DNA of 64,000 nt from Marsupella aquatica (Eukaryota > Plantae > Marchantiophyta), in NCBI GenBank assembly GCA_973895155.1, contig OZ316891.1:28649145-28713144 (forward strand). Reading direction: 5' to 3'. A program made the position numbers and the translations under genes. Of this stretch, positions 60,866 to 64,000 are shown in pieces. The notes under the pieces are model-generated. The model was not told where the DNA came from. It saw only the letters and a list, made by a program, of their open reading frames with translations, and searched no databases. Every line of letters starts with the position of its first letter. Within the stretch, counting starts at the first letter, position 1.

Positions 60866-63800
60866 TGTCACGTCGTAGGCTTCGGCCTTAACTCAGACTT
60901 CAGCTTAGACGGGCACATCCCTCGTAAATCTGAGGGTTCGGGCAGGAAGGGAAGCACGTAATGCACCTTATTCTCGTAAACTAGCGCTAAGTGCGCATAC
61001 TGCTAAATACGGACACCTCCTAGGTATGGTTTGTGTTCCGCTGCCGGAACGTACCCTAGTCGATAGCAGGATCGACGGCTTAAGGGCTTCTAAGCCTTCG
61101 TGCTGTCCGCCTTCGATCCGGATTCGATGATACAGGTCCTCAACCCGTGCTTGCAACCACTTACCCGCAGGCTGCACCCTGTGCACGTCTCGGGTAGTGC
61201 GTTCGGCCCGGCGCTGCCACCCATATACGAGAAACCCACACACATATGCGCACACATGCATACAATCTCGATTTACACGAAGGAAAAATGATGGGAAAGG
61301 ATTTTTACTACAAAGGGAACATATGCGTACACTTAGTTGACACGACAGCCCTGGAATGCACAGGTTCAAGGCCAAGGGTGCACACTACAACGGAGCCCGG
61401 CTCCGCACTCGCCCGGCAAGCTTAGTCCTACCCCCTCCCCTTGGTACTCTGTCATTCCCAGAGGTCGGGACTCCCCGCATGTCCCGCGGATATCCGACTC
61501 TGAAACTAAAAACCCCCCTGCCTCTACCGAGGGGTGCACTAAATACTAAGAGCCGAGGAACGGGGTGTCCTCCCGCCGAAGATTCGCTGACCAAGGTCCT
61601 AACTAAGCTGACAGTCAGGCCGGAAAATGGCTGTGTCTTATTAGAAGATCCTAATCTATGCAGGCTGGACAGCAGGGCAGCGCTGCCGTACCTAAGGCAG
61701 GTGCCTGTCCCAAGAGCCTGACTAAGCCAATCCTAATCCTAATCTATTCCTACTCCGCCGCTAATGCCTGGCACGCTTGCCAGAGCCGCCCGAATGGGAA
61801 CGGCCATCCCGCTGCCTTCGAAGCCTGTCATTGTCCGCTTTGAGGAGCTGGACCTGGTCCAGCAGAGATTCGTTCTCTCGCCTCGCCGCGTCCGTCTCCT
61901 CTGCTGCCTCCTGACATGCCTCCTCCAGCTGCTGGGCGTCGCTCGCCAGTTTACTCGCCAGCTGGTCCTGCTTCTCGGCCTCGGTTTGGAGCCGCGCCAT
62001 CTCGGCCTGCAGCGTGGCTATCTCTGTCGCGTCCCGCTGGGCTCGCTCCTCGGCCTCCTCCAGGTCTTTCTGCCAGGTGACAGCTTGTTTCTTCAAACTG
62101 TCAATCTGGTTCCGGAGTCGTGTAATCTCGGCCTCGTTCCCAGCTTTGGCCTGTTCGGCTAGGGCGGTAAGAGCGTATGCCTTTGCTAACAACTCATCGG
62201 CGGTTGCAACCTTGGGTCGTAGTTGCAGAAGCTCAGCCTCTTGAGCCGCCACTTCGTTCTTTAGGTACACGGACTCCACCCGGTACCGCTCTATCCTCTG
62301 AAGGGCCTCCGACTGGGCCCGCCCTGCCTTTACGGCGGCAACCAACTCCTAATTGAAGAAACAGGCTACCTTCCGAGCCATGAACTCCCCGGTATCCCGG
62401 GCAATTTGATGAGAGAAATCTCCCAGAAGCCCGTTCAGAAACGTACCCTGTACGAAGAGTTCCGGGTGGTCCAAGTTGTGCCTGTCCGGATTTGGGCACG
62501 GGCAGACATCAACACGCGCAGGGGCCGGGGCAGTGACGTCCAGCCCTGGGGACATAACGTTGGAAGGGGCCGGAGTATCCTCCTGCAGCGATGTCCGGTT
62601 CTCCGGAATTGCCACCGGCGGGTCCTTGGGAGACCCGGGTTCGGGTAAGACCTCTGCCGTACCAACTTCTGTACTTAGCCCGGCTAGTTGGGTCGCATCA
62701 ACGGTTGCGACGACCGACCCCTCCGGCGCCTCCTCGGTTACGATTACAGCTATTTGTGGAGGTGGGGTGGGTGAAGCTGGCGTGTCCACTGGACTTCGGG
62801 CCTCGGGCTGGGGCCGTCTCTCCAATGCCGGAAAAACCCACCTAGCTGGGACCAGCTTTGTAACGTTGATGCGGGGAAGGGTTCGTCGATCAAACCGGGC
62901 GTACCACTCAAGAATGATTTCGATGTGGCTAGCGAAATACGCCTTCCCGCCAATGTACAGCGTCTTCCTTCGCCGCTCCATCTCTTCATGGAATTTCTTA
63001 GCGAAGTACGACGCCCACTTCCTAGGTCGATAGTTCTCGACCTGGATGACCTGGGCGGCGGAGATCTCCCCCCGGGGTTCCATCATGTGGAGAGCGTACC
63101 TCTGGAACTCCAGCCGCTCAGCTATCTCGGGCATGAGGCAGGTCCTCATCACGAACCCGTTGTCTACTGATCCCTCTGAGGGAAAACTTGAAGATTGGTA
63201 CTTGGCCCCCTTGCCCCCGGGAGCCCGTGAGTCGACTCGATGGTCACCTTCGGGTAACCCGAAGATCATCTTGAGCCGTTCTTCTGTGAGGGACATATTC
63301 CTTCCCCGCAGCCGAGTCTGTTGACGTACGTCGTCATAATTCTTGACAAATTCTGTCATGTCCTCCCCGTAGTACCTGCAAGTGTTCCAGGGGAGAGAGG
63401 CGAGGTGCTCAAATCCCTGAGTCTTCAGGTACACCGCATGCTTGGGATGGAGGATGTTGCTGTGAACGTTTTCCCCCATGCGATGCATCGTTACCTTGGC
63501 TACGGCTACCGTGGCCAACGGTAACCCGGATGCACTGGCGGATTCCTTCCTCTTCTTTCCCCGTGACTGACTCGGGGAAGGTGATACTTCCCCATCCTCC
63601 CGATCGGGCCTGGGGAGTGCCACTGCGGTTGGTAACGGGCCCGGGGCGGCCACGGTCACCATGTTGTCTGCTGGGGCCGCTCCTGGGGTCAGAGCAGGGG
63701 GTGGGGACGATATAGTGTCGGCCCCCTGAGCGCTTGTTCCTCTGGGCCGCCTGGTCAAGGGTGGGGTAGCCTCGTCGTCATCGCTAAGATCCACAGCGTT

Positions 63801-64000
63801 GATGACGGAGCGTACCTGTGCTGGCTGGGTGATAGGTGGTGGGGTTTGGCTAGGCTGCGGCTGAGGCTGAAGCTGAAGCTGAGGTTGCATGGGCACGGGT
63901 ACGGGTACGGGTACGGGTCCGGCTGAGTTGGTCATGTTGGTTGATGGCCGAGTTCCCATGAAGCTCTGTAGGTGCTGGTAGAAGTTCTCCGAAGCGAGTG
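60866..64000 (-). mobile_element. Family-3 LTR (3' portion), inserted in copy 1f; runs off the window
   Basis: Family-1 homology stops at TTTAG|TGTCACG. The ORF ends 895 nt from this terminus, as in family 1. The other end and the TSD are not visible. Confidence 0.7.
61761..64000 (-). pseudogene. Family-3 protein (>730 aa, one in-frame TAG), homologous to the family-1 LTR protein
   Basis: 62349-63959 and 61761-62345 are in frame and open to the window edge. Shared motifs LPW, EFV, TR..G...LT, FGLP.G...VD.R, NGF...TC..P.I.E, PR.EI..AQV; C-terminal coiled coil. Confidence 0.85.

Overview
This window is land-plant nuclear DNA made up almost entirely of nested transposable elements. A seed-free plant such as a bryophyte is my guess from element style only. 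I see no intact host gene, RNA gene or CRISPR array. Layers resolved from TG..CA or CACTA termini, PBS/PPT and target-site duplications (TSDs): (1) an old + strand Ty3/gypsy gag-pro (31223-31846, 50421-51125); (2) an Athila-like gypsy element B (23647-31222, -); (3) a near full-length non-chromovirus gypsy element A (3728-23646, -) carrying a Ty1/copia insertion (4444-9990); (4) four further copies of element A's LTR; (5) two other solo LTRs and one partial LTR; (6) two CACTA DNA transposons, one with a probable captured host-gene fragment. The main observation is that the LTRs themselves encode proteins. The 4.7-kb family-1 LTR is about 75-80% occupied by a ~1150-1240 aa ORF (plant-mobile-domain-like core plus long coiled coil). 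The 3.2-3.6-kb family-2 LTRs carry a ~575 aa ORF, and a third family carries a homologous ORF of over 730 aa. All these ORFs end about 0.9-1.1 kb before the LTR 3' end. Solo LTRs therefore leave complete gene cassettes behind. A second oddity is a copia element with a perfect TSD but no 3' LTR.
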